The translations under genes and the position numbers were made by a program. From Candidatus Hydrogenedentota bacterium (lineage in GTDB: Bacteria; Hydrogenedentota; Hydrogenedentia; Hydrogenedentales; JAEUWI01), in contig JAXMOL010000003.1 in the NCBI GenBank assembly GCA_034669905.1, forward strand, positions 1 to 64,000: DNA of 64,000 bases. Direction: 5' to 3'. Below are positions 1-8,526 of this stretch, one piece after another. The stretch's first letter is position 1. Each line of letters begins with the position of its first letter. The notes under the pieces are model-generated. The model worked only from the letters and a program-made list of their open reading frames with translations, was not told where the DNA came from and made no database searches.

Positions 1-252
1 GAGCCCACCGAGCCCACCGAGCCCACCGAGCCCACCGAGCCCACCGAGCCCACCGAGCCCACCGAGCCCACCGATCCCACCGAGCCCACCGAGCCCACCG
101 AGCCCACCGCGCCCACCGCGCCCACCGCGCCCACCGCGCCCACCGAGCCCACCGCGCCCACCGCGCCCACCGAGCCCACCGAGCCCACCGAGCCCACCGA
201 GCCCACCGCGTCCACCGCGTCCACCGCGTCCACCGCGTCCACCGCGTCCACC
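1..252 (+). repeat. 9-bp tandem repeat, 28 units (GAGCCCACC / GATCCCACC / GCGCCCACC / GCGTCCACC), encoding an (E/D/A)-(P/S)-T linker; truncated by window start
   Basis: Directly visible 9-nt periodicity from 1 to 252; frame 1 is open and continuous with the ORF ending at 1950. Confidence 0.97.
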
Positions 253-1950
253 GAGACACCCGCGCGCTTGGCTCGGACCGAGGTGGAAGTCCCCCTCCCG
301 CCTGCTCCAGCGCCTCTGGACGTGGAAACCCCGGATGGCCTGGCTTCCATGGTTACCACGGACGGGCCTTCGCTGGAGATGGATAGTCCCGACACGGCAT
401 CGTTTTCACTGACGGACAGGGCCAACGCAGAACTGCGGGAAATCCTGGCGCAGAAGGTCAGCGTGGAATTAGATGGCGTCGAGTTGGCGGAGATACTACG
501 TTTCTTTCGTGATACCTATGGCATCTCCATTCGCTATCCCCTGCCTGGGGTGCCGGACAATGGCCTGCGGCCTTCGACGCATATTGTCCCCGCGATTCGT
601 CAGCGGGATACGCCCCTGGAAAGGGTGCTGAGCGCGATTACCCAATCAGTCGGATTGACCTATCGCATCGTGTCGGGTCATGTGCTGGTCGGCACCGAAG
701 GGGAACTCGATGCATTGACCCAAACGACCGCCGCCCCCTGGCCAGCATTGGAGACACTGCGGGTTAGCGATACCATCGAGGGGGAACATGTCGGGACAGT
801 CTTGGATCGTTGGGGTAAGGAGCTGGGCGTCTATTTTCACCTGGATCCCTTCTTCGTGGGCCCCACCGTGCAGGCGGTCGAAGGACCTCATGAAACCGAT
901 GGCTACGTGACGGACCTCGATTTGAACGCGGCATCCCTTCCGGCTGCGCTCCATGAAATTCTTGCCCCACTTGGGCTCAGCTACTGGTACGGAAAACCCT
1001 TGGGATGGGACGCGGAGCTCCACCCCAGCGTATGGATCAGCACCCCGCGGATCCTCGCGCAGATCGCCGCCGGCGAGGCCCCCCAATTCCAAATTGACGT
1101 GTCCCTGATTGAGCTCAGCGAAAGGGCACAGCAAGAAGTCATGCGGGTTTTTCCGCCCCTCCCCAGCGACGACCCCGAATCAATCACCACGTTCCCGATT
1201 CCACAATCAGCGTCCTTGTCGGAACAAGGCGTCACGGAAGCCTTCCGCAGGCCACTCGAAAAGGTTTCCCACATAACATCTGAGATGGAGCTTTTGTCCG
1301 CACCCCGGGTGACGACCCTCGCGGGGAACACGTGGTGGCCCAACGCGGCCCGACAAGCCCAGATCTTTGCCACGCCGTCCGGTGACGAAGGGCAGGGTAG
1401 CTTGCGGATCAAGACGCACCCATGGGGCGGGGTCGTGCACCTTCCCCCCGGGAAGCCACGGGCCGATTGGAATCCCTTTGACGGCGAAGGCGGCAGCGGT
1501 AGACACCGGGAAGTGCCTCCCTCGGTAAATCTTCACTGTGACGACGGGCTAATCCCGCAGGCGGCCGACTTTCTGGCTACCTACCGTTATCCCGCCGTCA
1601 TCATGGACATGGCCGAAGTCTACACGCCGCCCTTGCCAGGCAATCGCCCCCCGGTGGCCAGGCGGGCCAGCCGCCGTCAGGATAGGACCCCCGGCCCTTC
1701 ATCGGATAATCCGATAGACGTTCAGCTACATCACGAGGGGGTGTTGGTAGGGGTGCAGACCATGGATTACGGCGGGAGTATTCGGGTTCGCCTGTTCAGC
1801 CAATACCGGCCTTCCGGATCGGGACCCATTCCGTGGGAAGGTTTTCTGACGAACTACAAGACCTACAGCGGCGACATTATGGGCTTCATGTTGCCCACAA
1901 AACGAGCGGAAAAATACCAATTGCTGGTTGTTCGGGCTACCCGTGTGTAG
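1..1950 (+). CDS. 5'-truncated protein: Pro/Thr-rich linker, two STN/secretin-N-like domains and a partial secretin-like segment
   Basis: No stop in frame 1 from 1 to 1950; two similar blocks (VSVELDGVELAEILRFF...PLERVLSAITQSVGLTY and ...SLPAALHEILAPLGLSY); secretin-like motifs FQIDVSLIEL and LLSAPRVTTLAG. Confidence 0.6.
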   Translation, partial: EPTEPTEPTEPTEPTEPTEPTEPTDPTEPTEPTEPTAPTAPTAPTAPTEPTAPTAPTEPTEPTEPTEPTASTASTASTASTASTETPARLARTEVEVPLPPAPAPLDVETPDGLASMVTTDGPSLEMDSPDTASFSLTDRANAELREILAQKVSVELDGVELAEILRFFRDTYGISIRYPLPGVPDNGLRPSTHIVPAIRQRDTPLERVLSAITQSVGLTYRIVSGHVLVGTEGELDALTQTTAAPWPALETLRVSDTIEGEHVGTVLDRWGKELGVYFHLDPFFVGPTVQAVEGPHETDGYVTDLDLNAASLPAALHEILAPLGLSYWYGKPLGWDAELHPSVWISTPRILAQIAAGEAPQFQIDVSLIELSERAQQEVMRVFPPLPSDDPESITTFPIPQSASLSEQGVTEAFRRPLEKVSHITSEMELLSAPRVTTLAGNTWWPNAARQAQIFATPSGDEGQGSLRIKTHPWGGVVHLPPGKPRADWNPFDGEGGSGRHREVPPSVNLHCDDGLIPQAADFLATYRYPAVIMDMAEVYTPPLPGNRPPVARRASRRQDRTPGPSSDNPIDVQLHHEGVLVGVQTMDYGGSIRVRLFSQYRPSGSGPIPWEGFLTNYKTYSGDIMGFMLPTKRAEKYQLLVVRATRV

Positions 1951-1992
1951 GATATTGCTGCGCTGTTCCGTAAATACATTGCCCGGCGCGTC

Positions 1993-2021
1993 TTGACACG
2001 CCGGGGGCTATGTGGGAAAAT
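1993..2021 (+). promoter_or_regulatory. Putative sigma70 promoter for the 2087 gene
   Basis: TTGACA-N17-GAAAAT with TG extended -10, about 65 nt upstream of the ATG. Confidence 0.5.
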
Positions 2022-2086
2022 GATAGTGAGAAACAACAGGTGGTTGCCCTTTTGGGTCCAAACACAGGAGCACACGACAGGAAACG

Positions 2087-2605
2087 ATGGGTCTCAGCAT
2101 TGGATCAGCCTCAATCGCAATATCTTCCGTCAACACGACGGCGGTGAACCGGCCCAATCGGTCGGAGGCCCCCCGTGCATCGGAAGGCGTGTCGGCCGAT
2201 CCGAATTCGCCCCCCGAACGCCCCCCGGTACGGGTGGGTTTTGGTGAAAACACCCTGTCGCCCTTGGGTGCCGCCCTGGAAACCCTGGATACCAATCTCG
2301 AAGTAGCCGAAGAACTGGTACCGACGGTGCAGGAGTTGCGCGAACGCTCTCAGGTGACGCAGGCCCAGTTGCGGGAAGACAATCCCGCCTTCCGTCCTGC
2401 CGACAACACCACGGAATTGCGTCGTCGTGAGTCGGTGCGTCCCGAGCCTGACCCGGCCGTACAGAACTTTGTGCAGGATGTGGCGGCCGTAGAAGAGCCT
2501 GTAACATCTGAAGCATCCGACCTGAGCACGGCGGCCAATGCGCCCGAAACGCCCCAGTTTGCCGTTTCTCCTTCTCCCACCTCCCGCGTGGATTTGTTCG
2601 CCTAG
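2087..2605 (+). CDS. Hypothetical, largely disordered protein (172 aa)
   Basis: ATG preceded by AGGA; upstream promoter; ends in SRVDLFA. Confidence 0.7.
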   Translation: MGLSIGSASIAISSVNTTAVNRPNRSEAPRASEGVSADPNSPPERPPVRVGFGENTLSPLGAALETLDTNLEVAEELVPTVQELRERSQVTQAQLREDNPAFRPADNTTELRRRESVRPEPDPAVQNFVQDVAAVEEPVTSEASDLSTAANAPETPQFAVSPSPTSRVDLFA

Positions 2606-2963
2606 TCGCGTCGGACGTCTTATATCTCCCGTTATTTCCTGTTGCGGGAAGATAGTGAAAAAGAGCCCCACTCAAGTAGCAATTGTGCCACGTCCACGAC
2701 GCGCCGTAGGAGGGCGATGCTGAGTTCCACGAGTTTTCGTGTGCGTGGAGTCCTACTGGTGGGGGCCATCGTGGATGATTCAATTCGGGCGTCCTTCTAT
2801 GTCCGTGGAATAGAACGCCCTCGTTCAATGCGGCCGCTGTGCCCATTACGCTGCACCATGACTCTTTCCCCCTCCCTTTGTTATCGTAATCGGGATGCTT
2901 CGTGCTCCGTCGATGGGGCAACGTCACACCGGTGACGAGGAAGCCCTGCAAAGGACGGTAGTC

Positions 2964-5420
2964 ATGCCCACGTTTCGCCCACTGCGTTACGCCACCCTGG
3001 TGGCCTTGTTGTTTCCCCTTTTCACGGCGGCTGACGAAGCCTTTGTCAGTACCGGTGAGCAAAGCCACCGTCAGACCGTAAACGCCTCTCAAATGGTCTA
3101 CCCCATCGTGGTGGGCGGCACGGCCGACATGGACAACACCGCCACGCGCCATCATGAAACGTGGGACATCGCCTTTCAAAACAACATCGCGCTGGAAATC
3201 GAAAACACGGGCAACGTGCCCGTGCGCAACCCCCGGGTCATCACCAACGGCAAACGCAAGTGGCACTCGGTGGAATCCATGATCGCCGAGTTCACCGAAG
3301 GCGCGAAGACGGACCAGGAACGGATCTATATGATTTGGGAAGGGCTCCGCCAGAACCGCCACCACGACTATCCCCTCTTCGGCAATGACTACCACGACCC
3401 GGTGCGCTTCCTCAATCTCTACGGTGGCGGATTCTGCGACGACTCCAGCGCATCGGGTGCGGCCCTCTTTTCCACGGCCGGATTCAACGAAGCCGCAGGT
3501 GGCAAGGACCCCTTTCAGCGCGGTCTCCACGGACATGTCATGTGTGAGGTCTGGCACGATGGAGACTTCCAGTTTATGGACATCGACCAGGATACTTTTT
3601 TCCTCGATCGGGAAAACCGCAAACCCGTCAGCGGGGATGCGGCGACCCGCGACCACGACCTCGCACGGCGGGAATTGGCCTACGGGCCCCTGTTTCCGGG
3701 GTGGGACGCGGCCATTCCCAATGCGGCTCTCTTTGGGGGCGATGACATTCGCGCCACCTATTGGAGCACGGGGCATACCCTCGACTATGTGCTCCGACCT
3801 GGCGAGAGTATCCTCTTCAACTGGGACAAGCGCGGTAAAACGCCGTGGATGTTGCAGGCCCACGAGCACCGCTACTACAGCAATTCCGAACTCGTTTATG
3901 CGCTCCCCCATGCGAAAGAACGGCTCGCTACCACCGATGTGACCATGGAGGGCTTTGCGCCGGGCGAGGATGGTTTTATGATTACGACCGACGCGGCGCA
4001 GATGACCATACCCGTGTCGACGGCCTATACCATTTGCGGCGCGACCCTCGTGGCCGGGGTGAGCCGGAGTTTTCCACCCAGTGGGGCCTTTATTGTGGAA
4101 CTGTCGTTAGACGGCGAAAACTTTTCCGAGATTTATCGGCGCATGGCCCTGCCGCGCTGGGATATGAATGTGCCGTTGGATGCCGCGCTGCAAATTGCCG
4201 GAGGCGCACCCAAGCGGGACTACTGGTTACGGATTCGGTGTGAGAAAGCGGCTGGGGCCACCGTGACCGGCGTGACCGTGCGCACCGACCTCTACGCCTA
4301 CCCCATCGCCCTGCCCCGTTTGTCCGTGGGGGAAAATCAGGTGGCCTACACCGACGATACGCCGGGGGACCACGAAGTGGCCCTCACTTACCGGTGGCGC
4401 GAGTCGGGCAACGTTACACCGCCCGTGCCCCCGACCGCATCGGAAAGTCCCGCAGCGGGTGCTGTGGTGGCCTCGACCTTCGTGCCCTTCGCGTGGCCAG
4501 CCGTGGAAGGCTGCGACGCCTACTGGCTGCGCGTGAGCCGGGACCCCGACTTCAAATATCCCTACCGGCCCAACTACGACGTGGTGCTCACCGAGAATCA
4601 ATACGAAGTGCCCTTCCGCGGTATGTTTTCCCCCGGGGAGACGTATTACTGGCGGGTACGCCCTCGGCTGGCAAGTGGCATGTGGGGAGACTGGAGTGAC
4701 ACCTGGTCCTTCACGTGGTCGGGTCCCACGGTACCGAAAGGCCTGTCCCTCGATCAGGATAACCAGGCGATAACGCTCCACTGGGCGGCGAACCCGTCGG
4801 GCACGGCCCCCGCGCGCTATCGCGTCTACGGCAGCAACGAGCGCGGATTCAGCATCGGTACGGGGGCGATACAGGCCATGGCAAAAGGTCCCACGCCCGT
4901 CGCCTTCGAGACTACGGCCACTTCGTTCCTCGTCGGTGGACCGAATGGGGAAGGGGAGCTGGCCAATCTCGCCTACTACCGCGTCGTGGCGATTGATGAG
5001 CACGGCGTGGAGAGTTGTCCCTCCGGCTATGTGGAATTGCCCCGCCCCTGGGTCTACACCGCGCCCGTGACAACCGCGAAGGCGGGCGAGGCCTATGACT
5101 ACACGCCGAAGACCATCACCTCCCTCGGCGACTGGCAGCACCGCTACGACAGCCCCGGCGATGCCTTCTGGGAGAAGGAAAGCTATCGCTTTACCTTGAC
5201 GGGAGGGCCGGAATGGCTCACGGTGGAAGAAGCCACGGGCCAACTTCACGGCACGCCGCCGACCGACAGCGCGGGCGACGTTAACGTGACCGTGACGGTG
5301 GAATCCTTCTTTCCCGACGAGGTTAAGGAAGACGGCGTATCCGCGAAGGCCTTTATCGAAGCGACAAACGCCAACGTAAAAACCGGCACCCATGCTTTTG
5401 TGTTGACGGTGACGGAATAG
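2964..5420 (+). CDS. Secreted transglutaminase-like protein with FN3/Ig-like domains
   Basis: Signal peptide MPTFRPLRYATLVALLFPLFTAA after AAGGA RBS; GGGFCDD...HGHVMCEVW...FMDID (Cys-His-Asp-like); FN3-type YYWRVR and YYRVVA; He_PIG-like GPEWLTVEEATGQLHGTP. Confidence 0.7.
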   Translation: MPTFRPLRYATLVALLFPLFTAADEAFVSTGEQSHRQTVNASQMVYPIVVGGTADMDNTATRHHETWDIAFQNNIALEIENTGNVPVRNPRVITNGKRKWHSVESMIAEFTEGAKTDQERIYMIWEGLRQNRHHDYPLFGNDYHDPVRFLNLYGGGFCDDSSASGAALFSTAGFNEAAGGKDPFQRGLHGHVMCEVWHDGDFQFMDIDQDTFFLDRENRKPVSGDAATRDHDLARRELAYGPLFPGWDAAIPNAALFGGDDIRATYWSTGHTLDYVLRPGESILFNWDKRGKTPWMLQAHEHRYYSNSELVYALPHAKERLATTDVTMEGFAPGEDGFMITTDAAQMTIPVSTAYTICGATLVAGVSRSFPPSGAFIVELSLDGENFSEIYRRMALPRWDMNVPLDAALQIAGGAPKRDYWLRIRCEKAAGATVTGVTVRTDLYAYPIALPRLSVGENQVAYTDDTPGDHEVALTYRWRESGNVTPPVPPTASESPAAGAVVASTFVPFAWPAVEGCDAYWLRVSRDPDFKYPYRPNYDVVLTENQYEVPFRGMFSPGETYYWRVRPRLASGMWGDWSDTWSFTWSGPTVPKGLSLDQDNQAITLHWAANPSGTAPARYRVYGSNERGFSIGTGAIQAMAKGPTPVAFETTATSFLVGGPNGEGELANLAYYRVVAIDEHGVESCPSGYVELPRPWVYTAPVTTAKAGEAYDYTPKTITSLGDWQHRYDSPGDAFWEKESYRFTLTGGPEWLTVEEATGQLHGTPPTDSAGDVNVTVTVESFFPDEVKEDGVSAKAFIEATNANVKTGTHAFVLTVTE

Positions 5421-5525
5421 GGACTGCCTTCACGCGACAGAAATCGCAGGGGCAGTGGCGACCAATTCGACTGACCAGAAAACAGGGGTGGATGAAACAG
5501 CGACTCCGACGCGTGAGGCTGTACC
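5420..5525. repeat. ~105-nt inverted-repeat element, GGGAC family, copy 1
   Basis: GGGACTGCCTTCACGCG (5420-5436) pairs imperfectly with CGCGTGAGGCTGTACC (5510-5525). Confidence 0.65.
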
Positions 5526-5698
5526 GGCAGTTGTGGTTGACGTAAGGCGGGCGAGGTGGCTGTCGTCTCTGCGAAGTAATTCTTTCCGGAGGGGGACAGC
5601 CCCGGACGGCGCGTGTATGTCGTTTGGGCGTATTTTGTCCGTTGGCCACGGCGTCGGAAGGGGGTCCATGGGGCGAGTTGGCCCGGTGCAGTCCCCGC
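5521..5698 (+). repeat. 178-bp dispersed direct repeat, copy A (contains GGGAC-family unit 5592-5696)
   Basis: Gapless alignment to 6873-7050, about 36 mismatches (~80% identity) by hand count. Confidence 0.9.
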
Positions 5699-5788
5699 GT
5701 TGCCGTCGCCTTCTCGGTGCGGCATGTTACGATGACTGCAGAGGCACGCAGTTTGGCATTGCGCGGGATACCAGTGAGGAGCGGCGGC

Positions 5789-6871
5789 ATGACAATACGG
5801 TTGGGCGAATATCTTGTTCAGGGTGATATGTATAGTCGTGACTATGGGGTTCATGGCCGTCTATACCTACGGGGTGAAGACGAAGAGAAGCCGATGGTGC
5901 TTCGCTTTGATGTGACGGGGGATCCCGGGCCCGACTTCATGGGTAAGCACATACGCTTCGCGCCTGCTGAGGATGATAACGCGCAAAAAGTGCTTCCACG
6001 AGAAAAGTATCGCGCCATAAATCCAACGCAGCACGGCGTGACGGGCACCATGACCGCCCAAGGGTGGGTCAAGGCTCTGCCCTGTTCCACAGAGGAGTTC
6101 GCCCGTCGTGAGGAATTGGGCGAAGCGCCGCCCACGACATGGCGCCGCAATTTCATGTTGGAATGGTTTGGCCCGAGTGGCCGAATCATGGTGGAGATGG
6201 CGGGTGCGGAGGTTGAATACTGTACCCGAGAACGGGACCAAGACGATGAAGACGATGAAGGGGACTGGGAACCGCTGGAGAATTTGGCGCTGCCACCCTG
6301 GATAGATCCACGGGATAGTCAACCGGCTCAGGGAACTTTTGAGCAAGAAGAGAAGTCGTTGAAAGTGGAAGCGCGTCGCCCATTTGTGGTGCCAGAAGGC
6401 GACGAAGAATTTTGGGAAAAAGTCAAGGGGGGAGAGAGCGCGCGGATAGATCGGGCTATAAGCGGGATTACCGATGAAGAGGCCGATCAAAGTCTGGAAG
6501 ACCTGCAACGGATGGATTTCTGCATCGAATCGGACACGAAGGAGCCGCTGACTGCGTACATCAGTGATTGGAGTGATTTGCCAAAACCAGACGAGTTGGA
6601 CGACGAGGCCGTAGAGGCCGCGCTAAAGTCGCTCCTCGCGCGCATGGTTCTCTGCGGGGTTGTGCTTGATGTGTGCAAGCACTACACTCCCCGCGACTGC
6701 TATCGCTTATTGCTCGAGGACATCATTCCAGAAGAGGGATTTCATGAGGAGCTGGTCGGTACAGGTTGGATACAGCACTATTCGACTTACGAGAATTGCG
6801 CGAAATGTGACGAGGAATTTGAATTAGAATACGAGGACTATGAGCGGGAACAGGAAGATGAGGGAGAGTGA
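5789..6871 (+). CDS. Acidic hypothetical protein (360 aa) with C-terminal Cys motifs
   Basis: GAGGAG RBS before ATG 5789; protein-like composition; ends CAKCDEEFELEYEDYE... Confidence 0.8.
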   Translation: MTIRLGEYLVQGDMYSRDYGVHGRLYLRGEDEEKPMVLRFDVTGDPGPDFMGKHIRFAPAEDDNAQKVLPREKYRAINPTQHGVTGTMTAQGWVKALPCSTEEFARREELGEAPPTTWRRNFMLEWFGPSGRIMVEMAGAEVEYCTRERDQDDEDDEGDWEPLENLALPPWIDPRDSQPAQGTFEQEEKSLKVEARRPFVVPEGDEEFWEKVKGGESARIDRAISGITDEEADQSLEDLQRMDFCIESDTKEPLTAYISDWSDLPKPDELDDEAVEAALKSLLARMVLCGVVLDVCKHYTPRDCYRLLLEDIIPEEGFHEELVGTGWIQHYSTYENCAKCDEEFELEYEDYEREQEDEGE

Positions 6872-6872
6872 T

Positions 6873-7050
6873 GTCCCGGCCGTTGTGGTGGACCCAGCGC
6901 GGGCGAGGTGCTTGGTGTCACTGCGAAGTAACTGTTTCGGGAGGGGGACAGCCCCGGGCGGTGGGTGTATGTCGTTTCGACCGATTCTGACGGTTGGCCA
7001 CGGGGTGCGCGGGGATTCCACGGGACGAACTGGCCCGGTGCAGTCCCCGC
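6873..7050 (+). repeat. 178-bp dispersed direct repeat, copy B (contains GGGAC-family unit 6944-7048)
   Basis: Aligns to 5521-5698; fills the gap between two convergent stop codons. Confidence 0.9.
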
Positions 7051-7056
7051 AGTCGC

Positions 7057-8490
7057 CTACGTGATGATCTCCCGCACCACACGCGCGGGTTCTACGCCGG
7101 TGAGGCGGGCGTCGAGGCCCTGGAAGCGGTAGGTGAAGCGTTCGTGGTCGAAGCCGAGTTGGTGGAGGATGGTGGCGTGCAAGTCGTGGACGTGGACCTT
7201 GCCTTCCGCCACGTTGAAGCCGAGTTCGTCGCTCTGGCCGTGGACTACGCCGGGTTTGAAGCCGCCGCCGGCCATCCACATCGTGAAGGCGTTGGGATGG
7301 TGGTCCCGGCCATCGTCGCCGTCGCCCTGGACCATGGGGGTGCGGCCGAATTCGCCGCCCCAGATGACGATGGTGTCTTCCAGAAGGCCCCGGGCCTTGA
7401 GGTCTTTTACCAACGCGGCGCAGGCCTGGTCGGTGTCCTGGCAATTCTTTTTGAGGCCGCTACGTAGTCCGCCGTGTTGGTCCCAGGCTTCGTGGTAGAG
7501 CTGGACAAAACGGACGCCCCGCTCCACCATGCGGCGGGCCAGAAGGCAGTTATTCGCGAAGGAAGGTGCGCCCGGTTTGGCCCCATAGAGATCGAGCACA
7601 TGCTGGGGTTCGTTCTTAAGATCCATGAGTTCGGGCGCGCTCTTCTGCATGCGGAAGGCGAGCTCGTAGGAATTAATACGGGTGGCGATATCGGGGTCGC
7701 CCATGAGGTCGAAGCGGCGCTGGTTCAGGTTGTTGAGCGTGTCCAGCGTGTCCCGCTGGGCTTGGTCGTCCACCCCCGGGGGATTGGAGAGATAGAGCAC
7801 GGGGTCGCCGCTGGTGCGAAACATGACCCCCTCATGGACCGTGGGCAGGTAGCCGCTGCTCCAGTTGCCCGAACCGCCGCTGGGCCCCTTGCTTCCGGAA
7901 CTGAAGACGATGAAGGTGGGCAGGTTGCGGTTTTCACTGCCCAGGCCGTAGCTCGCCCAGGAACCCATGCTGGGGCGACCGAATTGCTGGGAGCCCGTGT
8001 TCATGAAGATCTGGGCGGGGGCGTGGTTGAAGGCGTCGGTCACCATACTCTTTACGATGGTCACGTCGTCCACGATACTCGCGAAGTGGGGCATAAGCTC
8101 GGAAACCCACGCGCCCGATTCACCGTGTTGCTTGAAATCGAAGACCGGCCCCAGCAAGCGGGAGTTGGGGTCGATGAAGGCCGCGCGATAATCCTTTAAG
8201 AGGCTGGCAGGGGGCAGGGTGCCGTTGAATCGGGCCAATTCCGGTTTGTAGTCCAGCATTTCCAGGTGGCTTGGCGCGCCCGCCATGAAGAGGAAGATGA
8301 CATTCTTCGCCTTGGGCGCGAAATGGGGTGCCTGGGCCGCCAGGGGATCGGGCGCGGCGGAAGCGGCGCGGGGGCCGAGCAATTGGGCCAGGGCTGCCGT
8401 GCCGAGGCCCACACCGCATTGCTGGAGGAACCAGCGCCGGGCACTGTTGGGCCCGGTGTAGGGAGAGTTGTGATTACAGTTTTTCGCCAT
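7057..8490 (-). CDS. DUF1501 family (sulfatase-like) protein with Tat-like signal
   Basis: ARRWFL Tat-like motif; AKNVIFLFMAGAPSH, CLLARRMVERGVRFVQL, WGGEFGRTP, GRDHHP, HVHDLHATIL. Confidence 0.92.
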   Translation of the reverse strand: MAKNCNHNSPYTGPNSARRWFLQQCGVGLGTAALAQLLGPRAASAAPDPLAAQAPHFAPKAKNVIFLFMAGAPSHLEMLDYKPELARFNGTLPPASLLKDYRAAFIDPNSRLLGPVFDFKQHGESGAWVSELMPHFASIVDDVTIVKSMVTDAFNHAPAQIFMNTGSQQFGRPSMGSWASYGLGSENRNLPTFIVFSSGSKGPSGGSGNWSSGYLPTVHEGVMFRTSGDPVLYLSNPPGVDDQAQRDTLDTLNNLNQRRFDLMGDPDIATRINSYELAFRMQKSAPELMDLKNEPQHVLDLYGAKPGAPSFANNCLLARRMVERGVRFVQLYHEAWDQHGGLRSGLKKNCQDTDQACAALVKDLKARGLLEDTIVIWGGEFGRTPMVQGDGDDGRDHHPNAFTMWMAGGGFKPGVVHGQSDELGFNVAEGKVHVHDLHATILHQLGFDHERFTYRFQGLDARLTGVEPARVVREIIT

Positions 8491-8526
8491 GAGACTACCT
8501 CTCTTAAAATTATATTATCGGCGCGC

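Noticed and set aside
2670..2692. Sigma54 promoter on the minus strand (TGGCACAATTGC)
   Set aside because: GG to GC spacing is not 10 nt
5420..7050. Integron cassette with attC sites
   Set aside because: No RYYYAAC/GTTRRRY cores and no integrase in the window; kept only as a structural analogy
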